DNA from: a virus
IMG/VR virus record: IMGVR_UViG_3300050020_000030
Location: 1 to 64,000 of that record
Strand: one strand, 5' to 3'
DNA: 64,000 bases
Positions 7,309-16,537 of the stretch are shown here, piece after piece; the stretch's first letter is position 1; every line of letters begins with the position of its first letter. Both the position numbers and the translations under genes were made by a program. The notes beneath the pieces are model-generated. The model was not told the origin of the DNA. It searched no databases and saw only the letters and a program-made list of their open reading frames with translations.

Positions 7309-7506
7309 ATGGAGTTCTTTCTAATCATTGCTTTGCTTATTGCTCTTGCCCTGTTGTGGCTAGATCGCGCCTCCACTGTTGCAGAACTCAAGACTCTCGC
7401 AGCGGGAGTGGTTATCGATATTGAAAATATTGCGGCTAAGGCCGGTAAGGGTAGTCTCAAGATTGAACTCTCTGCCGCTGTGGAGAAACTTAAAGACAAA
7501 CTCTGA
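7309..7506 (+). CDS. small membrane protein
   Basis: N-terminal TM helix, GAGG RBS. Confidence 0.6.
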   Translation: MEFFLIIALLIALALLWLDRASTVAELKTLAAGVVIDIENIAAKAGKGSLKIELSAAVEKLKDKL

Positions 7507-7727
7507 TGGGTAATTTTTACCGGCTGTACCTAGATTCCGTTAAGCCGGTAAGGTGGGCTGTAGATACCGGCGATCCTTTGTCCTCTAAACACTTTGAAAT
7601 CGTTATACTTAGTTCTCCGGGATCGACCAACTCTGATCCGGAACCGGGGCGTATTCCTAAAGTCTGGCTAGAATTTTATGATGCCGAACTCCGGGAAGAA
7701 GAAGGGATCGGCTACATCGAGGATTGA
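7506..7727 (+). CDS. hypothetical protein
   Basis: TGATG coupling. Confidence 0.6.
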   Translation: MGNFYRLYLDSVKPVRWAVDTGDPLSSKHFEIVILSSPGSTNSDPEPGRIPKVWLEFYDAELREEEGIGYIED

Positions 7728-8485
7728 TGGCTCGGAAGATTAAGTCGTATTGGTGGACGAGGGTTCCAAACTTTGGAGATGGACTGTCCCCCCTTCTTCT
7801 TTCTAGGTTCGCCAATCTGACCCCTGAATGGAGTTCGGTTGAAGAGGCTTCTGTAGTCTCTATCGGTTCTATTCTGGAGCATATCCCCCCGAATTGGGGT
7901 GGTTTTATTCTAGGATCAGGTAAACTCAGAGAAATTTCAGTTCTTAAGTTCGATCCCAAAGATGTAAAGATTCTCTCCCTTCGGGGGCCGTTATCTGCAA
8001 AAGGGATTCCCGGTGATTATTCTCTCGGTGATCCTGGAGTCTTAGCTAACGAACTAGTCGGACCGCAGGAGAAGCAGTGGGACTTGGGAATAGTTCCTCA
8101 CTGGCAGGATGATGAACTTGCCGACAGGTTCTTAAAACTTATTCCCAGTAAGTTCTCTTGCCGGGTAATTAGCCCTTCATCCGACCCTCTGACTGTAGTT
8201 CGGGAGATAGGGGCTTGTAAGAGAATTGTAACATCTTCCTTACATGGGATGATTGTAGCAGACTCTTTTGGGGGAATCCCTCGCCGGGTTGAGTCCTGCG
8301 ATAAGATGAATGTGGACGGTGGGCTATTCAAGTTTAAAGACTATAGCGCCTCCATAAAAACAGAGTTTGAAATTGGAAAAATGATTGAGCCGTCACGGTT
8401 CCGAGTGGAAGATATTAAATTCAATATCTACGACGCTTACCGCCAACTCGGAGGTTACCGTGCGCAGAATCTACGAGACCTGTAA
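7727..8485 (+). CDS. polysaccharide pyruvyl transferase family protein (ExoV-like)
   Basis: NFGD, IGSIL, GSG, LRGPLS, GDPG, GIVPH, TSSLHGMIVADSFG. Confidence 0.85.
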   Translation: MARKIKSYWWTRVPNFGDGLSPLLLSRFANLTPEWSSVEEASVVSIGSILEHIPPNWGGFILGSGKLREISVLKFDPKDVKILSLRGPLSAKGIPGDYSLGDPGVLANELVGPQEKQWDLGIVPHWQDDELADRFLKLIPSKFSCRVISPSSDPLTVVREIGACKRIVTSSLHGMIVADSFGGIPRRVESCDKMNVDGGLFKFKDYSASIKTEFEIGKMIEPSRFRVEDIKFNIYDAYRQLGGYRAQNLRDL

Positions 8486-9380
8486 AAGGGTAATTTCCTT
8501 CTACCTATCAAAGTTGTTTCATAGGCGGGGATACGGGATCAGTATCTTGGTTCCTTTATGTTTATCAGATGATGGACCCCGAGCCAGAAACTGGGCTTGG
8601 TTACAAGAGTACTGGAGAGAAAACCTTCCCGGTGCTGAAATTGTAGTTGGAGAAGACGCGGACGTTAAAAAAGGTCTTGCCTTCTCCAAATCCGTCGCTG
8701 TGAATAATGCGGTGAGTAAGGCCCTCGGAGACATCTTTGTAGTTGTAGATGCCGATGGGTACATTTCGGTTGAGTCAGTCTTGCTCTGTGCTAAAGAGAT
8801 TCGAACCGAAAGAAAAAGAGGGTACCGGGTCTGGTTCGTTCCTTACCGCAAATTTTTCCGCTTAACGGAAGAAGCTACGAAGAGGGTTTTAGAATCTGAT
8901 CCAAAAAATCCCCACAAGTTTTCTATTCCTCCCTCCGATGACGAAATTCTAAATAAAGGATTTTATAAAGATAGTCCCGAGGCTTCTATCGGGCACTGGT
9001 ACGGGGCCTTAATTCAGATTATGTCCCGCGAAGCCTTCGAGGAAGTCGGAGGATGGGATTCCAGATTTCGTGGATGGGGCGGGGAAGATCATGCGGCGAT
9101 GCGGGCTATGGATACGCTATACGGCCCTCATAAAACTCTACCAAGTCCTGTTCTACATTTATGGCATCCTATTCAATCTTCTACGATAGGGTCTGCCAAA
9201 AACAGAGTGTGGAACAATCAGACTTCTGGAAGTGTTAACGACGCCCTCTCCGGAAGATATTATTGGTCCCAAGGCAATATCCGGCGTATGCGGAGTCTAG
9301 TAGATGAATTTCGGTTTCTCAAAGTAAAAAAGATACAAGAAGTTCTTCCCGATCCTGTTAATGCAAACTACAGTCGTTAA
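8460..9380 (+). CDS. GT-A glycosyltransferase (GT2/GT7-like)
   Basis: FSKSVAVN, DAD motif, GGWDSRFRGWGGED, HLWH; GGAGG RBS before GTG 8460. Confidence 0.85.
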   Translation: MRRIYETCKRVISFYLSKLFHRRGYGISILVPLCLSDDGPRARNWAWLQEYWRENLPGAEIVVGEDADVKKGLAFSKSVAVNNAVSKALGDIFVVVDADGYISVESVLLCAKEIRTERKRGYRVWFVPYRKFFRLTEEATKRVLESDPKNPHKFSIPPSDDEILNKGFYKDSPEASIGHWYGALIQIMSREAFEEVGGWDSRFRGWGGEDHAAMRAMDTLYGPHKTLPSPVLHLWHPIQSSTIGSAKNRVWNNQTSGSVNDALSGRYYWSQGNIRRMRSLVDEFRFLKVKKIQEVLPDPVNANYSR

Positions 9381-9394
9381 GTTAAAGAGGTTCT

Positions 9395-9754
9395 ATGGCA
9401 GCGGCAACAGCCTTCACGATCACAATTTCCACAATCTCATCCGGCCCCTTCAGCTTGGCGACACTCCTAAGTACGGGCGTTGCTCCTTCGGGCTGTACCC
9501 TCGGGGTTGGGGCCGTTATCACGCCTTACACCGCTAAACCTATTGCCTATGTCAGCTTCCAGAATGTGAGCGGCGGAACCCTGTACCTCGGGGATTCTAC
9601 TCTTACTGGAAGTACTAACATGGGCATTTCTATTCCTACAGGGGGAGTAGAGCAGATTGTTCCCGGTCGTGGCGGCTCGGCGTGGGCCAACTTTATTTAC
9701 TTCAATGCTAGCGCAGCAACGGTAGTTAATATCACTGTGATCTACGGAACCTAG
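9395..9754 (+). CDS. putative small virion structural protein
   Basis: S/T/G-rich beta protein, FQNVSGGTLYLG; GAGG RBS. Confidence 0.55.
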   Translation: MAAATAFTITISTISSGPFSLATLLSTGVAPSGCTLGVGAVITPYTAKPIAYVSFQNVSGGTLYLGDSTLTGSTNMGISIPTGGVEQIVPGRGGSAWANFIYFNASAATVVNITVIYGT

Positions 9755-9761
9755 AGGACGG

Positions 9762-9875
9762 ATGAAAAAGCTGCTTCTGTTCCTGTTCTTTAGTACCGTT
9801 TGCTTTGCACAGTCGAGCATCACCGCATCCAACACGGTAGGTATCTTTCGTAGGCGCTGCAACGCCCTCCCGTAA
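9762..9875 (+). CDS. short signal-peptide ORF, possibly truncated or frameshifted (37 aa)
   Basis: GAGGA RBS; MKKLLLFLFFSTVCFA|QSS. Confidence 0.5.
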   Translation: MKKLLLFLFFSTVCFAQSSITASNTVGIFRRRCNALP

Positions 9876-9909
9876 AACAAAAATCTTAAAAAAGTGAAAT
9901 AGGTGAACC

Positions 9910-10230
9910 GTGGCAGATTCCGAGAAGTCCCTCAAGAAACCCGAGAAGTCCAAGAAGAAAAGTTCTTCCAAGAAAAAGCGTCATAAAATCCGGTCCATAC
10001 ATATTCAACCTACTGATAATAATGGTTTTATCGCAACTCATGAACACGAACCAGACGAGGATGACGAGACAGGCCAAGCCCCTCCTTCTACTATTCACGC
10101 TCTTGGTAACCTCGACCAACTTCACCAGCACTTGGATGACACGCTCGGCGGCGCACCGGGCGGCGGACAAGCTCCCCCGGCTGCTCAAGAGGCCCCTCCA
10201 GCGGCTGCTGGCGGAATGGCAGGAATGTAA
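9910..10230 (+). CDS. hypothetical protein with Lys-rich N-terminus
   Basis: AGGTG RBS; His-rich central motif. Confidence 0.7.
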   Translation: MADSEKSLKKPEKSKKKSSSKKKRHKIRSIHIQPTDNNGFIATHEHEPDEDDETGQAPPSTIHALGNLDQLHQHLDDTLGGAPGGGQAPPAAQEAPPAAAGGMAGM

Positions 10231-10364
10231 TGCCTTTAGCTAAAGGTAAAAGCAACAAGACGGTCGGTAAAAATATTAAGACAGAAATTCTGTCAGGCCG
10301 TCCGCAGAAACAGGCAGTTGCGATTGCGCTCAATACAGCGGGTCGCGGAAGGAAAAAGAAATGA
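10230..10364 (+). CDS. small basic phage protein (MPLxKGKS family; not in ORF track)
   Basis: MPLAKGKSNKTVGKNIKTE..GRPQKQAVAIAL. Confidence 0.75.
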   Translation: MPLAKGKSNKTVGKNIKTEILSGRPQKQAVAIALNTAGRGRKKK

Positions 10365-10474
10365 AGAAGCCTGAGAAGCCCTCGAAGGGCAACAAGCCTG
10401 AAATCAAATTGAAAATCAAGGCAAAAGGTAGTCCCGAAGCTGTCAAGGCTGCGGTAAAGAAGATCGTTAAGTAG
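10361..10474 (+). CDS. small Lys-rich protein (37 aa)
   Basis: ATGA coupling; ends just before terL. Confidence 0.55.
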   Translation: MKKPEKPSKGNKPEIKLKIKAKGSPEAVKAAVKKIVK

Positions 10475-10480
10475 GGACCA

Positions 10481-12472
10481 GTGGACCTAGACGAATTTTA
10501 CAGCAAGCACGGAGAAAATCCAGATTGGTCCTCGGTAGACGCCCTAGACTTTTACCTTCTCGTAGATAGTAAGAGGGCAGAGTTCCAAGCTCTTGCGGAC
10601 GAAGGAATCCTCAATCAGCACTATCTCTGGGAGCCTATCCGCCGTAGGACAATTACTGATCTGTACTTTCTGTCCCTCTGCTGCTGGGACTCAATGCCAG
10701 ATGGCGGAATAGAAGTTCCACTATCCGAGAACGTAATGAACCTAGAAAATCACAAAGAGATGATTTCTATGTTCGTAAAGAAAGACCCTGATCTAAGCTT
10801 ATCGAAACAAAAGGGTTTCAAGACTAGACTTATATTATACCCCCGTGGTACCCAGAAGTCGAGTTGGGATTATCTTGATTTGGTTCAGTGGATTCTTCTA
10901 GATCACACCGTTAGGATTCTGGTACTTACCGCCGCTGACGATATGGCGGGCGACACTGTAGATTTAATCAAGGGCTATTTCTTTATAAGAGAGTCCTTTG
11001 TAAGCCTCATGAATCTTTTCTGGCCGGAACACTGCCTACTAGAGAAGGATTCAGGCAAGTCGGGTGACTTTACTACCCCGATGTGGACCAGAAAGCAGAT
11101 CACCCGCAAAGAGCCTACCATCATGGCTCGTGGTATTACCGCCACTATAAGTGGATATCACTTTGAGATCATAGCGGGAGACGATGCAGTTTCCGACAGA
11201 AACTCTTTGACCACGGAACAGTGCGCTGCTGTAAAGAAAAGATACTATCTCACTCGTAAAACTCTTCGCTCTTTCGGTTTCACCAATCTCGTCGGGACTC
11301 GCTACCATGAGGACGATCTTTATGGGGATATAATCTCCAAGACGCAGGTAGGAAATTTCAAGGCAGAGAGCATCAATCTCTGTACAAAGAAAGTTACAAA
11401 CGTCGAAAAGGGTATGGATATCCTGATCGGCGCGGCGATGCAGATCAAGTTAGACTGTTCCGCCGAACTAGCTAAGTTCAATATCCCTCGTCGAGATTGG
11501 TTTAGAAAAGCAGGACGGCTGGGTGTAGAACTAGTCATGCCGGGTAACCCCCACCTGACTTATGATAAGTGGCTAGGCGACTACGAAGATGATCCCGAGA
11601 CCTTCGAGGCGCAGATGAACCAGAATTGCTTGAGCGCAGTTGCCTCCGTCTTTACTGAAGAGCTTCTCCTCAAAGCAGTTATACACTGGAACGAACTTCC
11701 AGTTATGGGTAGACGCTCAATTGCGTTTGACCTTAACGGCGGTAAAGGTAAAAAAGATAATGACTTCGTTGTAGGTAATTGCTGTTTATGGGACGACAAG
11801 GGCATAGGCTATATTATTGATCTAGTTAGGGATGTATTTCCTAATCCCACAGCAATAGCCAAAGCCGTAGTAACATTTTGTACCAAACACCACCCGGACA
11901 TCCTGAGTATTGAAGACGCTCTCGGTTCTAGAATGCTTCAGCCCACTATAGAGGCAGAAGCAGATAAGTATAGAAATCCTAGAACCGGGGAACCAGACGA
12001 GTTCGTGAAAAATCTGGTAAGGCGCATACACTGGAGTCCGATAGACACTAGAGAAGACTCTAAACGAAATAGAATCAACTCCCTCCAACCTTTACTGATG
12101 TATGGCCGGATGCGATTCGTGAACTACCTCCCGTACATGGATCAACTCAAAACTGAGTTTGTCCGGAAGATTACACGCGGGAGTAAAAATGATATTCCAG
12201 ATTCGATAAGTCTCCAAATTCCTTTCATGCCTGTTCCAGCCGCTACTCCTCAGTCGCAAGAAGACAAAGACAAACGGGAGCAAGAACTGAGAAAGCAGCA
12301 GCAGGAAGTCCGAGACAAATCAGCTTGGAATCAAATGTTCGAAGACAGGAATAATATCTGGTATGAAAATCCTGCTCCTCCACAGCAGCAAGAGTACTTG
12401 TTAGATGATTATCAGCAGCCGTCTCACGAGGAGGGACTCGATAACATCCTCGGAGCGGGTTTAATAGGATAA
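10481..12472 (+). CDS. terL: terminase large subunit
   Basis: Walker A PRGTQKS, Walker B IIAGDD, VGTRYH, nuclease AFD...DF..G, IE, NDIPD; upstream of portal. Confidence 0.9.
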   Translation: MDLDEFYSKHGENPDWSSVDALDFYLLVDSKRAEFQALADEGILNQHYLWEPIRRRTITDLYFLSLCCWDSMPDGGIEVPLSENVMNLENHKEMISMFVKKDPDLSLSKQKGFKTRLILYPRGTQKSSWDYLDLVQWILLDHTVRILVLTAADDMAGDTVDLIKGYFFIRESFVSLMNLFWPEHCLLEKDSGKSGDFTTPMWTRKQITRKEPTIMARGITATISGYHFEIIAGDDAVSDRNSLTTEQCAAVKKRYYLTRKTLRSFGFTNLVGTRYHEDDLYGDIISKTQVGNFKAESINLCTKKVTNVEKGMDILIGAAMQIKLDCSAELAKFNIPRRDWFRKAGRLGVELVMPGNPHLTYDKWLGDYEDDPETFEAQMNQNCLSAVASVFTEELLLKAVIHWNELPVMGRRSIAFDLNGGKGKKDNDFVVGNCCLWDDKGIGYIIDLVRDVFPNPTAIAKAVVTFCTKHHPDILSIEDALGSRMLQPTIEAEADKYRNPRTGEPDEFVKNLVRRIHWSPIDTREDSKRNRINSLQPLLMYGRMRFVNYLPYMDQLKTEFVRKITRGSKNDIPDSISLQIPFMPVPAATPQSQEDKDKREQELRKQQQEVRDKSAWNQMFEDRNNIWYENPAPPQQQEYLLDDYQQPSHEEGLDNILGAGLIG

Positions 12473-12516
12473 CCTTAAGACTCGGATTAGAGAACTTTTG
12501 AGTCGGAAAAGGCAAT

Positions 12517-13230
12517 ATGGCACAGGTAGGTTTTGCGATAGGACTCCCTTTTGGCGGTCGTCTGGTCCACCCTAAGTGGGCGGTTAGCCTAAAGACGATG
12601 GATTTTCCAGTTAATACCACGCAATCAATAATCATGATCGAGGGTAAGGAAGTAACAGAAGCCCGGAACATGATTGCGAAAGCAGCGATAGAATCCAAGT
12701 GCAAGTATCTGTGGTTTCTAGACGATGACGTTATCTCCCCCCGCTATGCAGTGCAGTACCTCGGATATCTTCTCGACCAGAACGAAGATGAAGGCGTGAT
12801 GGTATCCACAGGGATTTACTGTACGAAGACAGTTCCCCCGGCTCCCGTTATTTACCGTAGGGAAAGTAGCGGGGCGTTCTGGGACTGGAGTCTGAACGAG
12901 GTCTTTGATATAGATGAGTGTGGCGCAGGCTGCATGTTAATCAATATGAAGGTTTTCGATCACCTTGAGTATCCATATTTCCGGGATACAACGGAATATA
13001 AAAACGGCGAAGATGGCCCAGTAATGCACGCTACCAGCGAAGACATCTATTTCTGTCGTTCGGTAAAAGAAAAAGGATTCAGGATTCAGGCTCACGGAAC
13101 CGTTTTGTGCGCCCACTACGACAACAAAAGCAATAGCTTCTTTACTCTTCCGGAAGACAGCAAGCCTGTCAAGCTAGCCCGAAAGAAAGAAGAAGCTGAA
13201 GCTAAACTTGGAATTTTAAAGGACATCTAA
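12517..13230 (+). CDS. GT-A fold glycosyltransferase-like protein
   Basis: ARN, YLWFLDDD, GAGCMLI, SEDIYFC, LCAH. Confidence 0.85.
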   Translation: MAQVGFAIGLPFGGRLVHPKWAVSLKTMDFPVNTTQSIIMIEGKEVTEARNMIAKAAIESKCKYLWFLDDDVISPRYAVQYLGYLLDQNEDEGVMVSTGIYCTKTVPPAPVIYRRESSGAFWDWSLNEVFDIDECGAGCMLINMKVFDHLEYPYFRDTTEYKNGEDGPVMHATSEDIYFCRSVKEKGFRIQAHGTVLCAHYDNKSNSFFTLPEDSKPVKLARKKEEAEAKLGILKDI

Positions 13231-13550
13231 TGGCAGGCGAAATCATCCAACTTTCCGAAGACCTTATGCACCCGAGAAACTACGTTGCCCCTTCTGCGGA
13301 TAACGACAGGACCGAAGGCAAGGGTAAAGGCCAGATCGCTACTCAGGGTCTGGATCAGATTTATAACAACGATGCACAGTCTAAGGGCGGTCCCGGCGAT
13401 CCCGGAGTCTGGGGCGGTGCGGAACAGTCGGTTAACAAGTCTACAGCCGAAGCGGGTACTTCGGTTGCTCCCGAGTACTTTAATGACTTTACTACAGGTC
13501 AGTGGGGCTGCAAATCAGAGGCTCGTGTCAAGGGCGTTAATCCCCGGTAA
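13230..13550 (+). CDS. hypothetical protein, probably disordered
   Basis: AAGGA RBS, TAATG coupling. Confidence 0.7.
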   Translation: MAGEIIQLSEDLMHPRNYVAPSADNDRTEGKGKGQIATQGLDQIYNNDAQSKGGPGDPGVWGGAEQSVNKSTAEAGTSVAPEYFNDFTTGQWGCKSEARVKGVNPR

Positions 13551-13584
13551 CCGTTCAGTTACTTTACAGACTGTCACCGTTCGG

Positions 13585-13599
13585 TTCCATTTTCCGGAA
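13585..13599. promoter_or_regulatory. recurrent motif TTCCRTTTTCCGGAA (copy before portal)
   Basis: Also at 21637 and 30019 (+), and 6516 and 26388 (reverse). Confidence 0.55.
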
Positions 13600-13611
13600 T
13601 ACTAGGTACCC

Positions 13612-15693
13612 ATGTCTCAGATCGATCCAGCAAACACGCTAGCAGATACACTAACTGAAGAGCAGATCGCCCAAATTCTCCAAACAGGGAAGTGGGCACC
13701 TGACCCTGCTCTTACTCTAGTGCTCCGGGATACCGATAGTGCCGAAACCGCGAAGGCGGCTAAGCAGTGGATCGCGGGGTGGAATTCTGCTAGCATTCTG
13801 TACCAGTCTACGACTACTCCTAAATTTTGGGAAGGCACACAAGTAGAACGGGCTAATGTTCCCTTCTACACCGTGGCTAAAGTTGTGAACTCATTGACGC
13901 CTCAAATTGTCAATGGGCTTTTTTATGACGATCCTCCTTTCATTTTTCAGCCTCGTCCGGGGACAAGTCAAGATACTGTAGAAGCCGTAGCAGATATCAT
14001 TGGATACCAACTCAAAGAAATTGGGTTCAAAGAACAAGTCCGTCTCGGAGTAATGAACGTAGTTCTTTACGGAACGAACATCTGGAAGTGGGGATGGGAC
14101 AGTAAGAAGATTTCTCGTACATACTTCGCCTTGGACGAAAAGAAGGATACTATTCCTTCGGAAATTCCGGGCCAGCCTGATGTAGAATTCCACGATCCGA
14201 ACGCCCCACTAGTTGAAAGAACCGAAGAAATCCGCGTTGAGCAGCCCCGGTTCGAAAATATCACGTCTATCCGAGACGTTTTGGTTGATCCTACGCTTCG
14301 GGTACCCGATATTACCAAGGGAAAGTTTGTAATCCACAGGCTGTATCTCACTTATAATGAGCTAATTGCCCTCAAAGATACCCCCGGATACGACATTCCA
14401 AGCGAGCAAGAAGTCATTTCTTGGTTCACACCCCCGGAAGAAACTGCCCTTCCGGATATGGATGAACGTACCGGAATCAGCCCAATGTGGGATATGCGGG
14501 CCGATCCGAGGTGGGAAAAGGCTACAATTGATCCATTTAATCAGCCTTTAGAGGTTTTAGAGCGTTGGGACAAAGAAAAAGTCATAATCGTAGTCCAGCG
14601 CAAGAAAGTTATCTGTAACGGAAAGAATCCTTACTCCGAAATTCCCTTCCTTTCCTGTAATTTTTGGGATGTACCCGGAGCGTTTTACGGCCTCGGCGTG
14701 GGTCGGACGGTTGGTTCTGAGCAGCGTTTGCAGATGGGAATCGTCAATACTTGGCTTGATTCCGTCGCTCTCTCCCTCTCTGGTGTATACGTTAGGAAGC
14801 GTACCAATAGTATTCCTACCCAGAGTATCCGGATTTCACCGGGCAGGGTTGTTGAACTAGAGAATGTAGAAGACCTGAAGCCTCTCGCCCGTCCTCCGGC
14901 TGTCCCGGAAGCGGCGGAGCACCTCGGAATGTCCGCGAGTCGTGTAGAGCAGAACTCTGGTGCCGGTGAAATATCTTCACAGGGTCAAGCGGGGTCTTCA
15001 GGACATAGTAACATCGCTCGTACCGCGACCGGAGCGGCGGGGCTTCTCCAAGGGCAAGGTATTGGAATCTCAGACCTCGTTGAAAAGTTTTCGTGCAACG
15101 TATTCCTTCCCTTCCTTTACCGCGTGATGGAGATGAACAGAAATCTCCTCCCGGCAGAGACAATTAAAAGAATCTTGAATGATGAACTCCAGAAGGCTTA
15201 TCTCGCAGAAGGCACAGGAACTATTGAAGACATCCGTAAGGCCCGGATGGAGATCGAGATTCAGGCCGGGGCTAAACTCGCAGATCGTAGGGCGGTAAGC
15301 GCGAGTCTTCCCCTCCTAACCTCGTATCTCGGACAGCAGTTTGTTGTTCAAAACCTCGCTACGCAGGGACTCAAAGTAGATCAGAAGATGGTCGTTAAGA
15401 CGATCTTTGAAGCTGCTGGATTCAAGAGCTTCTATAGTCTGATTGTTCCAATGACCGATCAGGAAAAACAGCAGTCGCAAGCTAACTCTCCCGCCGCTAT
15501 GAACCAATCCAAGATTCAGGCAGAATCGCAGATGGCTCTCCAGAAATATCAGGCGCAGTCCCAGCTTAGGGATCAAGAGAATATAGCTAAGGCAGGTATG
15601 GAAGTACTCCGGAAAAATCTCGAAGCCACTAGTACCCCCGAGGCGATGACTGGTCAGGTTGGGGCGAACGAGGGATTCGGATCAAATTTATAA
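13612..15693 (+). CDS. portal protein (P22-like)
   Basis: 693 aa after terL; YGTNIWK, VLVDP, NPY..IPF, FYGLG, ISPG, RTATG, Gln-rich barrel helix. Confidence 0.88.
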   Translation: MSQIDPANTLADTLTEEQIAQILQTGKWAPDPALTLVLRDTDSAETAKAAKQWIAGWNSASILYQSTTTPKFWEGTQVERANVPFYTVAKVVNSLTPQIVNGLFYDDPPFIFQPRPGTSQDTVEAVADIIGYQLKEIGFKEQVRLGVMNVVLYGTNIWKWGWDSKKISRTYFALDEKKDTIPSEIPGQPDVEFHDPNAPLVERTEEIRVEQPRFENITSIRDVLVDPTLRVPDITKGKFVIHRLYLTYNELIALKDTPGYDIPSEQEVISWFTPPEETALPDMDERTGISPMWDMRADPRWEKATIDPFNQPLEVLERWDKEKVIIVVQRKKVICNGKNPYSEIPFLSCNFWDVPGAFYGLGVGRTVGSEQRLQMGIVNTWLDSVALSLSGVYVRKRTNSIPTQSIRISPGRVVELENVEDLKPLARPPAVPEAAEHLGMSASRVEQNSGAGEISSQGQAGSSGHSNIARTATGAAGLLQGQGIGISDLVEKFSCNVFLPFLYRVMEMNRNLLPAETIKRILNDELQKAYLAEGTGTIEDIRKARMEIEIQAGAKLADRRAVSASLPLLTSYLGQQFVVQNLATQGLKVDQKMVVKTIFEAAGFKSFYSLIVPMTDQEKQQSQANSPAAMNQSKIQAESQMALQKYQAQSQLRDQENIAKAGMEVLRKNLEATSTPEAMTGQVGANEGFGSNL

Positions 15694-15694
15694 C

Positions 15695-15723
15695 TTGACA
15701 GGACACCCTATTTGTAGTATAAT
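15695..15723 (+). promoter_or_regulatory. sigma70-type promoter
   Basis: TTGACA-N17-TATAAT. Confidence 0.8.
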
Positions 15724-15743
15724 GTATTTAAGATAAAGGACCC

Positions 15744-16016
15744 ATGAAAACTCTCTCCTCCGCTGTAGCTTTTCTAATCCTATTTGCTATACTCGGTGGA
15801 GTTTTCGCCGTGTATCAGTACAATGTTCTTGTCAACGATATGAACGTAGAATTCTCAGTCCAACAGAAACAGATTCTGAGTCTTGAGAAACAGGTACGCG
15901 ATCTTCAGAAACAGAAACCAGTAAATAAGTTTTACCTCATGCCCCCCTCTCCACAGGCCCAGACTACGGAAAAGCCTAGTTCGTATAGCCCCGACCAATA
16001 TACTTCTAGCCGCTAG
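15744..16016 (+). CDS. membrane-anchored coiled-coil protein (moron-like insert with own promoter)
   Basis: N-terminal TM, coiled coil; AAGGA RBS. Confidence 0.65.
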   Translation: MKTLSSAVAFLILFAILGGVFAVYQYNVLVNDMNVEFSVQQKQILSLEKQVRDLQKQKPVNKFYLMPPSPQAQTTEKPSSYSPDQYTSSR

Positions 16017-16029
16017 TGGAAAGTGGAAT

Positions 16030-16200
16030 ATGGACCCCCGAATCCAGCTACTTGCTATACTTGAGAACATGCGCCACTTATTTGGGTCTACCTCTCCCCA
16101 GTTCTCTTACTGGAAAAGACGAGTAAATTCTGCTCTAGTGGATGATAAAGACCTATTTATTCTGTTGAAAAATACCCAGGATGGACAATTTCATGACTGA
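16030..16200 (+). CDS. small hypothetical protein (56 aa)
   Basis: Fills the gap; MDPRIQLLAILE... Confidence 0.4.
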   Translation: MDPRIQLLAILENMRHLFGSTSPQFSYWKRRVNSALVDDKDLFILLKNTQDGQFHD

Positions 16201-16537
16201 TTACGAAGAGCTTACCCCGGACCAGATCGCGGAAGAGGCTCAAGAACGAATTAACAAAGCGGCTGATCTTCAGTTTACTGTAAATACTAAGGGCTGGAAT
16301 ACTCTGCTTGCTACCTTCGAAGAAATGAAGGACGCCCAGATCGCCAATTTTATGGCAATCCCCCCAGGTTCCGCGAACGAAAAAGATATCATTGCCGCGC
16401 ACAACGTTGCGTATACTACAGCTTTTATTCTAAATGAAGTTGTTAACGCGACTAACCGAGCAATTCAAGATGGGTTCAACGCTCAAGCCGAACTACAATC
16501 TTTTAAGAACCCCGAGGTCAGTTCCGAATGGGAATAA
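16181..16537 (+). CDS. head assembly-associated helical protein
   Basis: ~118 aa helical protein after portal with NTKGW motif, typical position before scaffold. Confidence 0.55.
   Translation: MDNFMTDYEELTPDQIAEEAQERINKAADLQFTVNTKGWNTLLATFEEMKDAQIANFMAIPPGSANEKDIIAAHNVAYTTAFILNEVVNATNRAIQDGFNAQAELQSFKNPEVSSEWE

Noticed and set aside
9910-10474. Small terminase subunit upstream of terL
   Set aside because: None of these short basic ORFs shows a recognisable TerS HTH/oligomerisation pattern; TerS not identified in the window.
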